Of a stretch of DNA of 64,000 nt, positions 28,816-38,670 are shown one piece after another; the stretch's first letter is position 1; the number at the start of each line of letters is the position of its first letter. The notes beneath the pieces were generated by a model, which was given only the letters and a program-made list of their open reading frames with translations, searched no databases and had not been told where the DNA came from. Position numbers and translations under genes: made by a program. The stretch is from the NCBI GenBank assembly GCA_050485645.1, contig JBJHBT010000005.1, positions 1,062 to 65,061 on the forward strand, read 5' to 3'. This DNA is from Gammaproteobacteria bacterium (GTDB lineage Bacteria > Pseudomonadota > Gammaproteobacteria > Steroidobacterales > Rariloculaceae).

Positions 28816-30006
28816 GTGCGAGCCAATCCCGGTCAGCTGCCCACCGATCCCCCCGTGCAGCTTGCCGGCTATGCGGCACACAGCGCGCGCACGCGCGGAC
28901 GTCAGTATCCGGAGCCGCCGCCCTCGCTGCGCACCGAGTTTCAGCGTGATCGCGACCGGATCATTCACTCCACGGCTTTCCGGCGTCTGGAATACAAGAC
29001 GCAGGTGTTCGTCAATCACGAAGGCGATCACTACCGGACCCGGCTGACGCATTCACTGGAGGTCGCGCAGATTGCCCGTGCCGTGGCCCGGGCCATGCGT
29101 CTGAATGAAGATCTCGTCGAGGCCGTCAGTCTCGCCCACGACCTCGGTCATACCCCGTTCGGCCATGCCGGACAGGATGCCCTGAACGCCTGCATGCGTG
29201 AATTCGGCGGCTTCGAGCACAATCTTCAGTCGCTGCGTGTGGTGGATGAGCTGGAGGAACGTTACGCCGGATTTCCCGGCCTCAACCTCACCTTCGAGGC
29301 CCGTGAGGGCATTCTCAAACACTGTTCGCTGCGCAACGCGCGCCTGCTTGGCGAGCTTGGCCGGCGTTTTCTGGAGAGGCGGCAGCCGGGTCTGGAGGCT
29401 CAGCTGGCCAACATTGCCGACGAGATCGCCTACAACAATCACGATGTGGACGATGGCCTGCGTTCCGGCCTGGTGTCACTTGAGCAGCTCGGCGATGTAC
29501 CGTTCTTCGCCGGGCAGCTGGAACAGGTGCGCAGGCAGCTGGTGGATACGTCGCCCCGCCGGCTGGCCAATGAGGTGGTGCGGCGCATGATCGGCATGCT
29601 GGTCACGGATCTTCGCGACACCAGCGAGGCGGCGATACGTGCGGCAGGCGTCGAGAGCATCGATGATGTGCGCAGTTGCGGCAGGCCGCTGATCGGCTTC
29701 AGCGAGCCGTTCGTGGAGGCACAGGCCACGCTGAAGCGGTTTCTGCGTGAGCATCTGTATCGACATCCACATGTGCATGCAATGACGGAACGTGCGCATG
29801 AGACGATCACCTTCCTGTTCACGGCATTCCGCAACGACTACCAGCTGATGCCGGAACAGCACGCCCGCCGCGCTGCCGAGCGGTTGCGTGACGACGACGA
29901 AGCGGGCGCCGTGCGCGTCGTGGCCGACTACATCGCGGGCATGACGGATCGGTTTGCGCTGCAGGCATACGACGCGATCGCCGCAGGCCAGGACAATCAA
30001 TCCTGA
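28816..30006 (+). CDS. dGTPase-like deoxyguanosinetriphosphate triphosphohydrolase (HD domain)
   Basis: RTEFQRDRDRIIHSTAFRRLEYKTQVF, RLTHSLEVAQI, SLAHDLGHTPFGHAG; typical short Dgt-like family. Confidence 0.88.
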   Translation: MRANPGQLPTDPPVQLAGYAAHSARTRGRQYPEPPPSLRTEFQRDRDRIIHSTAFRRLEYKTQVFVNHEGDHYRTRLTHSLEVAQIARAVARAMRLNEDLVEAVSLAHDLGHTPFGHAGQDALNACMREFGGFEHNLQSLRVVDELEERYAGFPGLNLTFEAREGILKHCSLRNARLLGELGRRFLERRQPGLEAQLANIADEIAYNNHDVDDGLRSGLVSLEQLGDVPFFAGQLEQVRRQLVDTSPRRLANEVVRRMIGMLVTDLRDTSEAAIRAAGVESIDDVRSCGRPLIGFSEPFVEAQATLKRFLREHLYRHPHVHAMTERAHETITFLFTAFRNDYQLMPEQHARRAAERLRDDDEAGAVRVVADYIAGMTDRFALQAYDAIAAGQDNQS

Positions 30007-30030
30007 CGGACTGCGCTTCCGGCTGTACAG

Positions 30031-30094
30031 GCCCAGCCCCAGCCCCGACCCCGACCCCAGCCCAGCCAGAGCCCCGGCCCAGCCCGAACCCCAG
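30031..30094. repeat. C-tract (plus strand) / G-tract (minus strand) imperfect hexamer repeat in convergent intergenic region
   Basis: gCCCagCCCCagCCCCgaCCCCgaCCCCagCCCagCCagagCCCCggCCCagCCCgaaCCCCag: at least ten C3-4 tracts with 2-8 nt spacers, about 6-nt period at the 5-prime end. Confidence 0.85.
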
Positions 30095-30102
30095 TCTCTG
30101 GC

Positions 30103-31788
30103 TCAGTCGCTGTCCTTCTGCTCTTCCCGGTCCCGCAGCTCGCGCCGCAGAATCTTGCCGACATTGGTTTTCGGCAGCTCGTCGACGAACTCCACCGTTC
30201 GCGGCACCTTGTAACCGGTGAAGTTCTCGCGACACCATGCGATCAGCGTCGCCTCGTCGAGGCTGTCGTCCTTCTTCACCACGTACAGCTTCACCGCCTC
30301 GCCGCTTTCCTCGCTGGGTATTCCGATGGCCGCGGCTTCCACGACGCCGGGATGGCCGCCGACCACGTCTTCGATTTCATTCGGGTACACGTTGAAGCCG
30401 GACACGTTGATCATGTCTTTCTTGCGGTCTTCGATATAGACGAAGCCCTGCTCATCCATGTGCCCGATGTCGCCGGTGCGGAACCAGCCATCGGGAAAGA
30501 ACGCGTTCCTCGTCTCCTCAGGCTGATTCCAGTACTCGCGCATCACCTGGGGACCACGTACGCAGATTTCGCCGATCTCGTTGGTGGCCAGTTGTCGGCC
30601 ATCGTCGTCGAAGATGGCAACATCCGTGGATGGCACCGGCACGCCCACCGCGCCATTGAATGTGGTCATGTCGAGCGGATTGGCCGATACGATCGGCGAT
30701 GTCTCGGTGAGGCCGTAGCCCTGGCTGATGATGGTCCCGGTGGCCTCCTGCCAGCGTTCCGCCACCGAGCGCTGCACCGCCATGCCACCGCCCAGCACGA
30801 TCTTCAGACCGCTGAAGTCGATATCCGAAAAGCCTCTGGTATGCAGCAGTGCATTGAACAGCGTATTCACGCCGGTCAGCGCAGCGGGCCGGCTCGCCTT
30901 GAGTTCGCGGATGAAGGCGGGCAGGTCGCGGGGATTGGTGATCAGCACGTTATGGCCGCCCAGCTCGATGAACGCGAACAGATTCACGGTCAGCGAGAAG
31001 ATGTGGTAGAGCGGCAGCGGGGAAATCACGCTGCCGTCCTTGCGGTCAAAGAACGGCCGCGCCCAGGCCGCGGCCTGCAGCACGTTCGCGACCAGGTTGC
31101 GGTGGGTCAGCACCGCGCCCTTGGCAAGGCCGGTGGTGCCGCCGGTGTACTGCAGGAACGCGACGTCGTTGCCATCGAGTTCCGGGCGCCGGTACATGAG
31201 GGAGTGGCCGGTCCGCAGCGCGTCGCGATAGGCCACGGCGTCCGGAATATCCCAGCCCGGCACCATGCGCTTGATCCAGCGGACAACGAAATGCACCAGC
31301 AGGCGTTTTGGGGCCGGACAGTGGTCCGCGACACCGGTGACGATGATGGTCTTCAAATCGCTGTCGGCGCGCACCTTGCCGACCAGCGCGGCGAAGTTCT
31401 CAAGCACGATGATGGCTGCCGCGCCGCTGTCGGTGAGCTGATGATGCAGCTCGCGTTTCGTGTACAGCGGATTGACGTTCACGACCGTCATGCCGGCCCG
31501 CAGTACGCCGAAAATGGCGACCGCGGACTGCAGCACATTCGGCAGCATCACGGCGACGCGGGAACCGGGTCGCAGGTGCGGCAGTGATTGCAGGTAGGCG
31601 GCGAATGCGCGGCTGTGGGCGTCGATCTCGCGGAACGACAGCGTGGTACCCAGATTGCTGAACGCCGGATCATCCCTGCCACGTTCGAACCCGGCTTCGA
31701 GCAGGGCCGTCAGCGATGTATAGGCGTCAGGGTCGATCTCGGCGTCGATGCCCTGCGGATAGATTTTCAGCCATGGTCTGTCGCTCAC
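30103..31788 (-). CDS. fadD: long-chain fatty acid-CoA ligase
   Basis: YTGGTTGLAKGAVLTHRNL, GYGLTETSP, GWFRTGDIG, KILRREL motifs. I prefer GTG 31788 (GGAG just upstream, GTGA overlap with tesA stop, 561 aa). ORF-track ATG 31818 has no SD. Confidence 0.92.
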   Translation of the reverse strand: MSDRPWLKIYPQGIDAEIDPDAYTSLTALLEAGFERGRDDPAFSNLGTTLSFREIDAHSRAFAAYLQSLPHLRPGSRVAVMLPNVLQSAVAIFGVLRAGMTVVNVNPLYTKRELHHQLTDSGAAAIIVLENFAALVGKVRADSDLKTIIVTGVADHCPAPKRLLVHFVVRWIKRMVPGWDIPDAVAYRDALRTGHSLMYRRPELDGNDVAFLQYTGGTTGLAKGAVLTHRNLVANVLQAAAWARPFFDRKDGSVISPLPLYHIFSLTVNLFAFIELGGHNVLITNPRDLPAFIRELKASRPAALTGVNTLFNALLHTRGFSDIDFSGLKIVLGGGMAVQRSVAERWQEATGTIISQGYGLTETSPIVSANPLDMTTFNGAVGVPVPSTDVAIFDDDGRQLATNEIGEICVRGPQVMREYWNQPEETRNAFFPDGWFRTGDIGHMDEQGFVYIEDRKKDMINVSGFNVYPNEIEDVVGGHPGVVEAAAIGIPSEESGEAVKLYVVKKDDSLDEATLIAWCRENFTGYKVPRTVEFVDELPKTNVGKILRRELRDREEQKDSD

Positions 31789-32402
31789 AGCTCCAGTACT
31801 CCGGATAACACGCTCCATACATTTTTAAACATCACGACATGTCCCTCGGCATTGGGGTGGATTCTGTCGGCCTGCATCAGGCCTTCCTCCAGGGCGACGC
31901 CATCGAGCAGAAAGTCGACCAGCGGAATATCGTATGCGCTGGCCAGTTCGGGATACACGGCGGCGAAAGCCTGTGTGTACGCCGGGCCGTAGTTGGGTGG
32001 AATCTGTATGCCGGTGAGGATGACATGCGCACCGTGCTGCTGCGAGGACTCGATCATGGATGCCAGGTTCTCACGCATTCGCTCGATCGGCAGGGCGCGC
32101 AAGCCATCGTTGCCGCCGAGTTCGATAACCACGACCTGTGGATCGTGAGCGGCCAGCAGGCGGGGCAGGCGCGCCCTTCCGCCGGCGCTGGTATCGCCGG
32201 CGATGCTGGCGTTGATCACGCGATATCCGTACCCTTCTGAATCCAGGTGATCGTCCAGCAATGCCACCCAGGACTGCTCGACTTCAACGCCGTAGCCGCT
32301 GCTCAGCGAATCACCCACCACGACGATGGTCCCGGCACAAATGCCCGCGGGTGCGTGCAGCACCGCGACTATGAACAGGACAATCAGGGCGAATCTGCGC
32401 AT
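31785..32402 (-). CDS. tesA: SGNH/GDSL arylesterase - acyl-CoA thioesterase I / lysophospholipase L1
   Basis: Credible part of ORF 31785..32681. ATG 32402 (AGGAGA upstream) gives signal peptide [23 protein letters not shown]. Then VVVGDSLSSGYG (block I), GGNDGLR, and DRIHPNAEGH (block V). Confidence 0.9.
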   Translation of the reverse strand: MRRFALIVLFIVAVLHAPAGICAGTIVVVGDSLSSGYGVEVEQSWVALLDDHLDSEGYGYRVINASIAGDTSAGGRARLPRLLAAHDPQVVVIELGGNDGLRALPIERMRENLASMIESSQQHGAHVILTGIQIPPNYGPAYTQAFAAVYPELASAYDIPLVDFLLDGVALEEGLMQADRIHPNAEGHVVMFKNVWSVLSGVLEL

Positions 32403-33117
32403 GAATACGAACGGTCTCCTGCTGCGTGCAGAGTCATTGACGAAAAAGGTTAGCAGTCCGGAGGGTGTGCTGACCATCCTCGATGCCGTCACGCTGGGTA
32501 TCGCGGCTGGCGAAACGGCGGCGATAGTCGGGCCCTCCGGCGCCGGCAAGTCCACGCTGCTCGCACTGCTGGCGGGCCTTGATGTGCCCAGTTCCGGCGG
32601 GGTGTGGCTGAATGACGTAGAGCTCACGGCGCTGGATGAGGACGGCCGCGCCGCGCTGCGGAATCGTGAAGTGGGCTTCATTTTCCAGTCGTTCCATCTG
32701 CTGCCGTCGCTGACCGCGCTGGAGAACGTGATGCTGCCTCTGGAGCTGAGCGGTACGCGCGACGCGCGCGCCCGCGCATCGGCCGCCCTGGACGAGGTGG
32801 GGCTGGCGAAACGGATGCGCCACTATCCGCGTCAGCTGTCCGGCGGTGAAAAGCAGCGTGTCGCGATTGCGCGCGCCTTCGTTTCCCGTCCGTCGCTGCT
32901 GTTCGCGGATGAGCCCACCGGCAATCTCGACAATCACACCGGCGAGCGCATCCTCAGGCTGCTGTTCGAGCTCAATTCCGCCGCACGCACCACGCTGGTG
33001 CTGGTCACTCACGACCTGGAGGCCGCGGCGCGCTGCAACCGCACCATTGAGCTGGCGGGCGGAAGGCTGGTTGGCGACGTGCCGCAGTCGATGAGCCTGA
33101 GTCCGACAGGCTGCTAG
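32401..33117 (+). CDS. ybbA: ABC transporter ATP-binding protein, YbbA/LolD-like
   Basis: ORF 32326..33117 trimmed to ATG 32401. Walker A GPSGAGKS then falls at the same offset as in E. coli YbbA (from memory). [26 protein letters not shown]. Divergent from tesA as in E. coli. Confidence 0.85.
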   Translation: MNTNGLLLRAESLTKKVSSPEGVLTILDAVTLGIAAGETAAIVGPSGAGKSTLLALLAGLDVPSSGGVWLNDVELTALDEDGRAALRNREVGFIFQSFHLLPSLTALENVMLPLELSGTRDARARASAALDEVGLAKRMRHYPRQLSGGEKQRVAIARAFVSRPSLLFADEPTGNLDNHTGERILRLLFELNSAARTTLVLVTHDLEAAARCNRTIELAGGRLVGDVPQSMSLSPTGC

Positions 33118-34085
33118 ACGATGCGTCGCAGCGTGCCGCCGCTCAGGTAGTCGGTGATGTTCTCGGCCGCCTGAACAAGCGCGCGCTGGCGCGCTTCAAC
33201 GGCGGCCCACGCCACATGCGGCGTCACGATCAGGTTTGGGGGCGCTTCGGCCAGCAGCTGCAGGTACTGTCCCGAGGGTGGTTCTTCGGGCAATACGTCC
33301 AGCGCCGCTCCGGCCAGCTGCCCGCTGCGCAGCGCGGCCAGCAGCGCGGCAAAGTCGATCAGTCCACCCCGCGACGTATTGATCAGCAGCGCATCGGACT
33401 TCATGCGCGCCAGCTGTTCCGGCCCGACGAGATTCCGCGTGTCTTCCGTCATCGGGCAATGCAGGCTCAGGATGTCGACCTGACGCAGCAGCGTCTTGAA
33501 CGGAATCCTTCCCTCGGGTACCTGGGACCGGCGTGTGCCGGGCCTGGCCGCAATCAGCACTTTCATGCCGAACTGTTCCGCCATCGTCGCGACCGCGCTG
33601 CCGATGCGGCCGTATCCGACGATGCCCAGCGTTCTGCCGGTGAGATCCCGCATCGGCTGATCGATCAGCGTGGTTGCACGGTTGCGCTGCCAGCCGCCGG
33701 ACCTGACCAGTCTGTCGAAGGGCAGAATCTGCCGCGTGAGCGCCAGTATCAGCGCAAACACATGCTGCACGACCGAAGCTTCGCAGAAGTCCTGAACCTG
33801 CGTGACGACGATGCCCCTGTCGCGAGCCGCGGCCAGGTCGACATGCTCCACGGTGGGTCCGGCTATGACGACCAGTTCCAGTCCGGGTGACGAGTACAGA
33901 ATCGGCCTGGACAGCCGCGTTCTGTGGACGATCGCCACCTGGCAGCCGCGCAGGCGGTCGGGCACGTCCTCGCCGGCGCTGTACGTGTAGTACTCCATCT
34001 GCAGGGTGCGGTCGAGAACCCGTGTGTCCACGTCCGGACCGAGCGAGCCGAAGTCCAGGAATGCCCCATAGAGCCTGCGTCGCAT
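33114..34085 (-). CDS. D-isomer-specific 2-hydroxyacid dehydrogenase (glycerate/hydroxypyruvate reductase-like)
   Basis: GIVGYGRIGSAVA NAD-binding motif, LINTSRGGLID, VTPHVAW catalytic His region. Confidence 0.88.
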   Translation of the reverse strand: MRRRLYGAFLDFGSLGPDVDTRVLDRTLQMEYYTYSAGEDVPDRLRGCQVAIVHRTRLSRPILYSSPGLELVVIAGPTVEHVDLAAARDRGIVVTQVQDFCEASVVQHVFALILALTRQILPFDRLVRSGGWQRNRATTLIDQPMRDLTGRTLGIVGYGRIGSAVATMAEQFGMKVLIAARPGTRRSQVPEGRIPFKTLLRQVDILSLHCPMTEDTRNLVGPEQLARMKSDALLINTSRGGLIDFAALLAALRSGQLAGAALDVLPEEPPSGQYLQLLAEAPPNLIVTPHVAWAAVEARQRALVQAAENITDYLSGGTLRRIV

Positions 34086-34132
34086 CGCGGCAGCTTACAC
34101 AGTCGAGGCCCTGCGGAAAACGGGACTGCGTC

Positions 34133-36880
34133 TCATCCGGTGTTCTGCATGGCGTGGGCGATGCCGTTGACGCTCACCATCAGCGCCTGGAGCATGGCAT
34201 CGTCATTGCTTCCGGCACGTCGCCAGCGATCGAGCAGATCCACCTGCAGCTGGCTCATCGGGTCGACGTACGGATTGCGCAGCCGTATGGCGCGATTCAG
34301 CGTGTCGGCGCGTTCCAGCAGCTCGTTCTGTCCGGTCAGTTCCAGCACCAGCGAGACACAGCGGTCGTATTCGCCGCGTATCATCGGAAAGAAGCGCTCA
34401 TGCAGCGGACCGGCAAGCTCTGAGTAGCGTTCGGCGATGTCCAGATCCGCCTTGGCCAGCACCGATTCAACGTCGGAAACCAGTACGCGGAAGAAATACC
34501 AGTGTTCCAGCATCTCCTTCATGCGATCGACGCCGAACCGTTCCATGCCGTTGCCGATGCCGGCGGCGAAACCGTACCAGCCCGGCAGCATGCAGCGGTT
34601 CTGGGTCCATGCGAATACCCACGGAATCGCACGCATGTCTTCTATGGTTCGGCTGCCGGTGCGTGAAACCGGGCGCGAACCGATGTCCAGGCGCTCGATG
34701 ACGTCGATGGGGGTGGCATTGCGGAAATAACGCAGAAAGTCCTCGGTGTCGTATACCAGCTGTTTGTAGGCACGCCGGCTGCTGTCGGCCACGCACTGCA
34801 TCACCTCGATCCAGTCGGACTCGGAAGGATGCGGGTCCGGTGCGCGCGTGGTGACACGCAGCACGGCGCTCAGTGTCTGCTCCAGACTGCGTATTGCGAT
34901 GCCGCGCAGGCCGTACTTGGCATTGATCATTTCACCCTGCTCGGTCATGCGTAGCCGGCCGGCCACCGCGCCGGGCGGTGCGGCGAGCACCGCTTCGTGC
35001 AGGCGTCCGCCGCCGCGGCTGACCGTGCCGCCGCGGCCGTGGAAAAGCGTGAGCCGTACGCCCAGATCGTCCATGGTCTTTACCAGTGCCTGCTGCGCGC
35101 GCTGCAGTGACCAGCGTGCCGATACCAGTCCGCCATCCTTGTTGCTGTCCGAATAGCCGACCATCACCACCTGGTGGTTGCCGCGGGCCTCAAGATGCTG
35201 GCAGTAGTAATCATCGGCAAGCAGCGTCTGCATGATGCGCGAGGCGTTGTCGAGGTCGTCGACGGTTTCGAACAGCGGCGCCACGTCCAGCGGCACGACA
35301 CCGCCGCGCGGCCCCAGACCGCCCCATTTCGCCAGCAGCAGCACCGACAGCACGTCGTCGGGTCCGCGCGCCATGCTGATGATGTAGGGGCCTATCGCAT
35401 GGGCACCGTACTTGCGCCGGCAATGGGCGATGGCCTGGAACACGGCAAGTGTCCGCCGACCTTCCGAAGACAGGTCCGACTGCGGCGACTCGCGCCGCTC
35501 CAGCGCCTCCTTGAGCCGCGCGGTGCGGGCGCTGCTGCTCATGTCCAGCCAGCCGTCGATACTCAGCCCCTCGCCGATCACGCGGCGGTGCACCAGTGCG
35601 TTCTGGCGCACGTCCAGTGTCGCCATGTGGAAGCCGAAGGTCTGCGCACGGCGCAGCAGGCGCCTCACGGGAAACAGGCCCGCATTGCGTCCCTTGTTGG
35701 CGCGCAGGCTGTCGGCAATCAGCTCGATGTCGGCGATGAATTCCTCCGGCGACTCGTACGGAAAGGCGGTGTCGTCGTAGGTGGCCTGGAGGCGCGCCTG
35801 GATCAGGCGCAGGAATACCCGGTACGGCATCCGGCGATGCCGCGCGGGTACGGCATGCGCGGCCTTCGGGAAATGCCCCGCATAGAGTGCCGTGCGGCGC
35901 GACAGTTCTTCGCTGATGCCGACACGGGTGTCACTCAGGCTGAGGTGGTCGGCCAGATTGCGGCATTCGCGGAAGTAGCGCTCCAGCGCCAGGGCACGGT
36001 GGCGGGCCAGCGTCTCGCGGATGCTCTTGGCGGTGACATTGGGATTGCCGTCCATGTCGCCGCCCACCCACGACGAGAAGCGCAACAGGATGGGCAGGCG
36101 GATCAGGCTGCCGCCGTCGGGGAAGGTTGCGGCGAGCGCGTCCTCCAGCGCCTCGTAGAACGGCGGCACCATCCGGTACAGCACATCGGTGAGGAAGAAC
36201 AGCACGTGTTCGGCCTCATCACCCAGCGCCATGCGTTCGCCGGGATGTTCCTCGGTCTGCCAGCCGGTAGTCATCTCCAGCCGGATCTGGCCCAGGGTCG
36301 ACGCCGTTTCCTGCGGCGTCATGTAAGGGTCCAGCATCTGCACCAGGCTGCGGGCGATGTTCTGCTGCTTGCGCAGCAGCGTGCGGCGCGTCGCCTCGGT
36401 GGGGTGTGCGGTGAACACCGGCTCCACGGAAACCGAGTTCAGTGCGCGTTCGATCTCGTCCACACCAACGCCTTCGTCACGCAGCTTCTGCAGCACGTCG
36501 AGGAAGCCGAAAGGCTGATTGCTGCCCTCGTCGCGCAGGTAGGCACGGCGACGGCGTATGCGGTGCACCTTTTCGGCGATGTTGACCATCTGGAAGTACG
36601 TGGAGAACGCACGAATGAAATCACGCGCGGTGCTGGGCTGAAGCGCGGCGAGCAGGGTACGCATGGTCGCGAAGGCACCCTGTTCGCCTTCCCGATGGGC
36701 GATCGATGCCCGTCGAGCCGCCTCGACGAGGTCGAACAGCGCTTCGCCGCCCTGTTCGCGCACCAGCTCGCCGACAAGCTGCCCGAGGCGGTGCACGTCT
36801 TCGCGCAGCGCGCGGTCTTTTTCCGCGAACACGATGTGTTCACGCTGAATCGGAGTTGAACCCGATTTGCTGCCTGGCAT
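34133..36880 (-). CDS. ppc: phosphoenolpyruvate carboxylase
   Basis: VFTAHPTE, MVGYSDSNKDGG, FHGRGGTVSRGGG motifs and C-terminal QNTG. Start trimmed from 37069 to ATG 36880 (GGAGAA upstream). Confidence 0.95.
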   Translation of the reverse strand: MPGSKSGSTPIQREHIVFAEKDRALREDVHRLGQLVGELVREQGGEALFDLVEAARRASIAHREGEQGAFATMRTLLAALQPSTARDFIRAFSTYFQMVNIAEKVHRIRRRRAYLRDEGSNQPFGFLDVLQKLRDEGVGVDEIERALNSVSVEPVFTAHPTEATRRTLLRKQQNIARSLVQMLDPYMTPQETASTLGQIRLEMTTGWQTEEHPGERMALGDEAEHVLFFLTDVLYRMVPPFYEALEDALAATFPDGGSLIRLPILLRFSSWVGGDMDGNPNVTAKSIRETLARHRALALERYFRECRNLADHLSLSDTRVGISEELSRRTALYAGHFPKAAHAVPARHRRMPYRVFLRLIQARLQATYDDTAFPYESPEEFIADIELIADSLRANKGRNAGLFPVRRLLRRAQTFGFHMATLDVRQNALVHRRVIGEGLSIDGWLDMSSSARTARLKEALERRESPQSDLSSEGRRTLAVFQAIAHCRRKYGAHAIGPYIISMARGPDDVLSVLLLAKWGGLGPRGGVVPLDVAPLFETVDDLDNASRIMQTLLADDYYCQHLEARGNHQVVMVGYSDSNKDGGLVSARWSLQRAQQALVKTMDDLGVRLTLFHGRGGTVSRGGGRLHEAVLAAPPGAVAGRLRMTEQGEMINAKYGLRGIAIRSLEQTLSAVLRVTTRAPDPHPSESDWIEVMQCVADSSRRAYKQLVYDTEDFLRYFRNATPIDVIERLDIGSRPVSRTGSRTIEDMRAIPWVFAWTQNRCMLPGWYGFAAGIGNGMERFGVDRMKEMLEHWYFFRVLVSDVESVLAKADLDIAERYSELAGPLHERFFPMIRGEYDRCVSLVLELTGQNELLERADTLNRAIRLRNPYVDPMSQLQVDLLDRWRRAGSNDDAMLQALMVSVNGIAHAMQNTG

Positions 36881-37013
36881 TGATGGTTCTCCGGGACACC
36901 TGTTCGCGGTGTCAGTCGGCACTGATCCCTGTGGCCGGACAGCCAAGCCTCCGCGCGCACCGGCGGATCTGTCAAGCCCGGTGCGCGAACCGGTTCGCCT
37001 GTGCGCCGCGCGC

Positions 37014-37042
37014 TTGACCGCGGCAGGAGCCACGGACATACT
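37014..37042 (+). promoter_or_regulatory. candidate sigma70 promoter of the trp operon
   Basis: TTGACC (37014-37019), 17-nt spacer, CATACT (37037-37042). The predicted start site falls within a few nt of the leader-peptide ATG at 37051. Confidence 0.35.
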
Positions 37043-37050
37043 TTCCAGCG

Positions 37051-37137
37051 ATGAGCGCGCAACCCGCAATTGGCCCGGCAGTTTACGATTCCACGCATCG
37101 CTGGTGGCGCAGCCGCCTGCGCATACGAAGAGGGTAA
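37051..37137 (+). CDS. trpL: trp operon leader peptide (28 codons, tandem Trp codons)
   Basis: Hand-found, below the ORF-track size cutoff. ATG AGC GCG CAA CCC GCA ATT GGC CCG GCA GTT TAC GAT TCC ACG CAT CGC TGG TGG CGC AGC CGC CTG CGC ATA CGA AGA GGG TAA = MSAQPAIGPAVYDSTHRWWRSRLRIRRG. It is the only in-frame start after the TGA at 37015. Lies directly upstream of the terminator and trpE. Confidence 0.7.
   Translation: MSAQPAIGPAVYDSTHRWWRSRLRIRRG
37107..37135 (+). promoter_or_regulatory. attenuator control segments: GC hairpin after the Trp codons and antiterminator arm
   Basis: GCGCAG-ccgc-CTGCGC hairpin at 37107-37122. CGAAGAGGGT (37126-37135, overlapping the leader stop codon) can pair with ACCC(a)TCTTCG at 37185-37195: 10 bp with one bulge. 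That pairing competes with the terminator stem. Confidence 0.55.
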
Positions 37138-37184
37138 AGCGCGCCTACACGGGATCCGGAACATCCGTCTCGACCACATCGCAG

Positions 37185-37222
37185 ACCCATCTTCGCGCAA
37201 CGGAGATGGGTTTTTTTGTTTT
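37185..37222 (+). terminator. Rho-independent attenuator terminator upstream of trpE
   Basis: ACCCATCTTCG - cgcaa - CGGAGATGGGT (11 bp including one GU) followed by TTTTTTGTTTT. Lies 60 nt upstream of the trpE ATG. Confidence 0.8.
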
Positions 37223-37281
37223 CGGGGCGGGAATTCGCCGACAGGGCGATTCGCGAAAGACGACCCGCGGGACATGAACAG

Positions 37282-38666
<1,385 letters not shown>

Positions 38667-38670
<4 letters not shown>

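Noticed and set aside
24812-28879. Minus-strand ORFs 24812..26488 (558 aa) and 26876..28879 (667 aa)
   Set aside because: Antisense to pilQ and to aroK/aroB respectively. Low-complexity Arg/Gly/His-rich sequences typical of shadow ORFs in GC-rich DNA.
32326-32681. Extended starts of ybbA (32326) and tesA (32681) that would make the two genes overlap by 356 nt
   Set aside because: The extensions add non-homologous residues ahead of a normal TesA signal peptide and ahead of the YbbA N-terminal strand. Internal ATGs at 32402 and 32401 fit family lengths.
35174-36859. 561-aa plus-strand ORF
   Set aside because: Antisense to phosphoenolpyruvate carboxylase.
36881-37069. 63-codon N-terminal extension of ppc (ORF-track start 37069)
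   Set aside because: ATG 36880 has a GGAGAA SD and yields a normal PEPC N-terminus. The extension would overlap the trp promoter and leader peptide on the other strand.
37216-37281. ORF-track start of trpE at TTG 37216
   Set aside because: The TTG lies inside the T-run of the attenuator terminator. ATG 37282 is the first conventional start after it.
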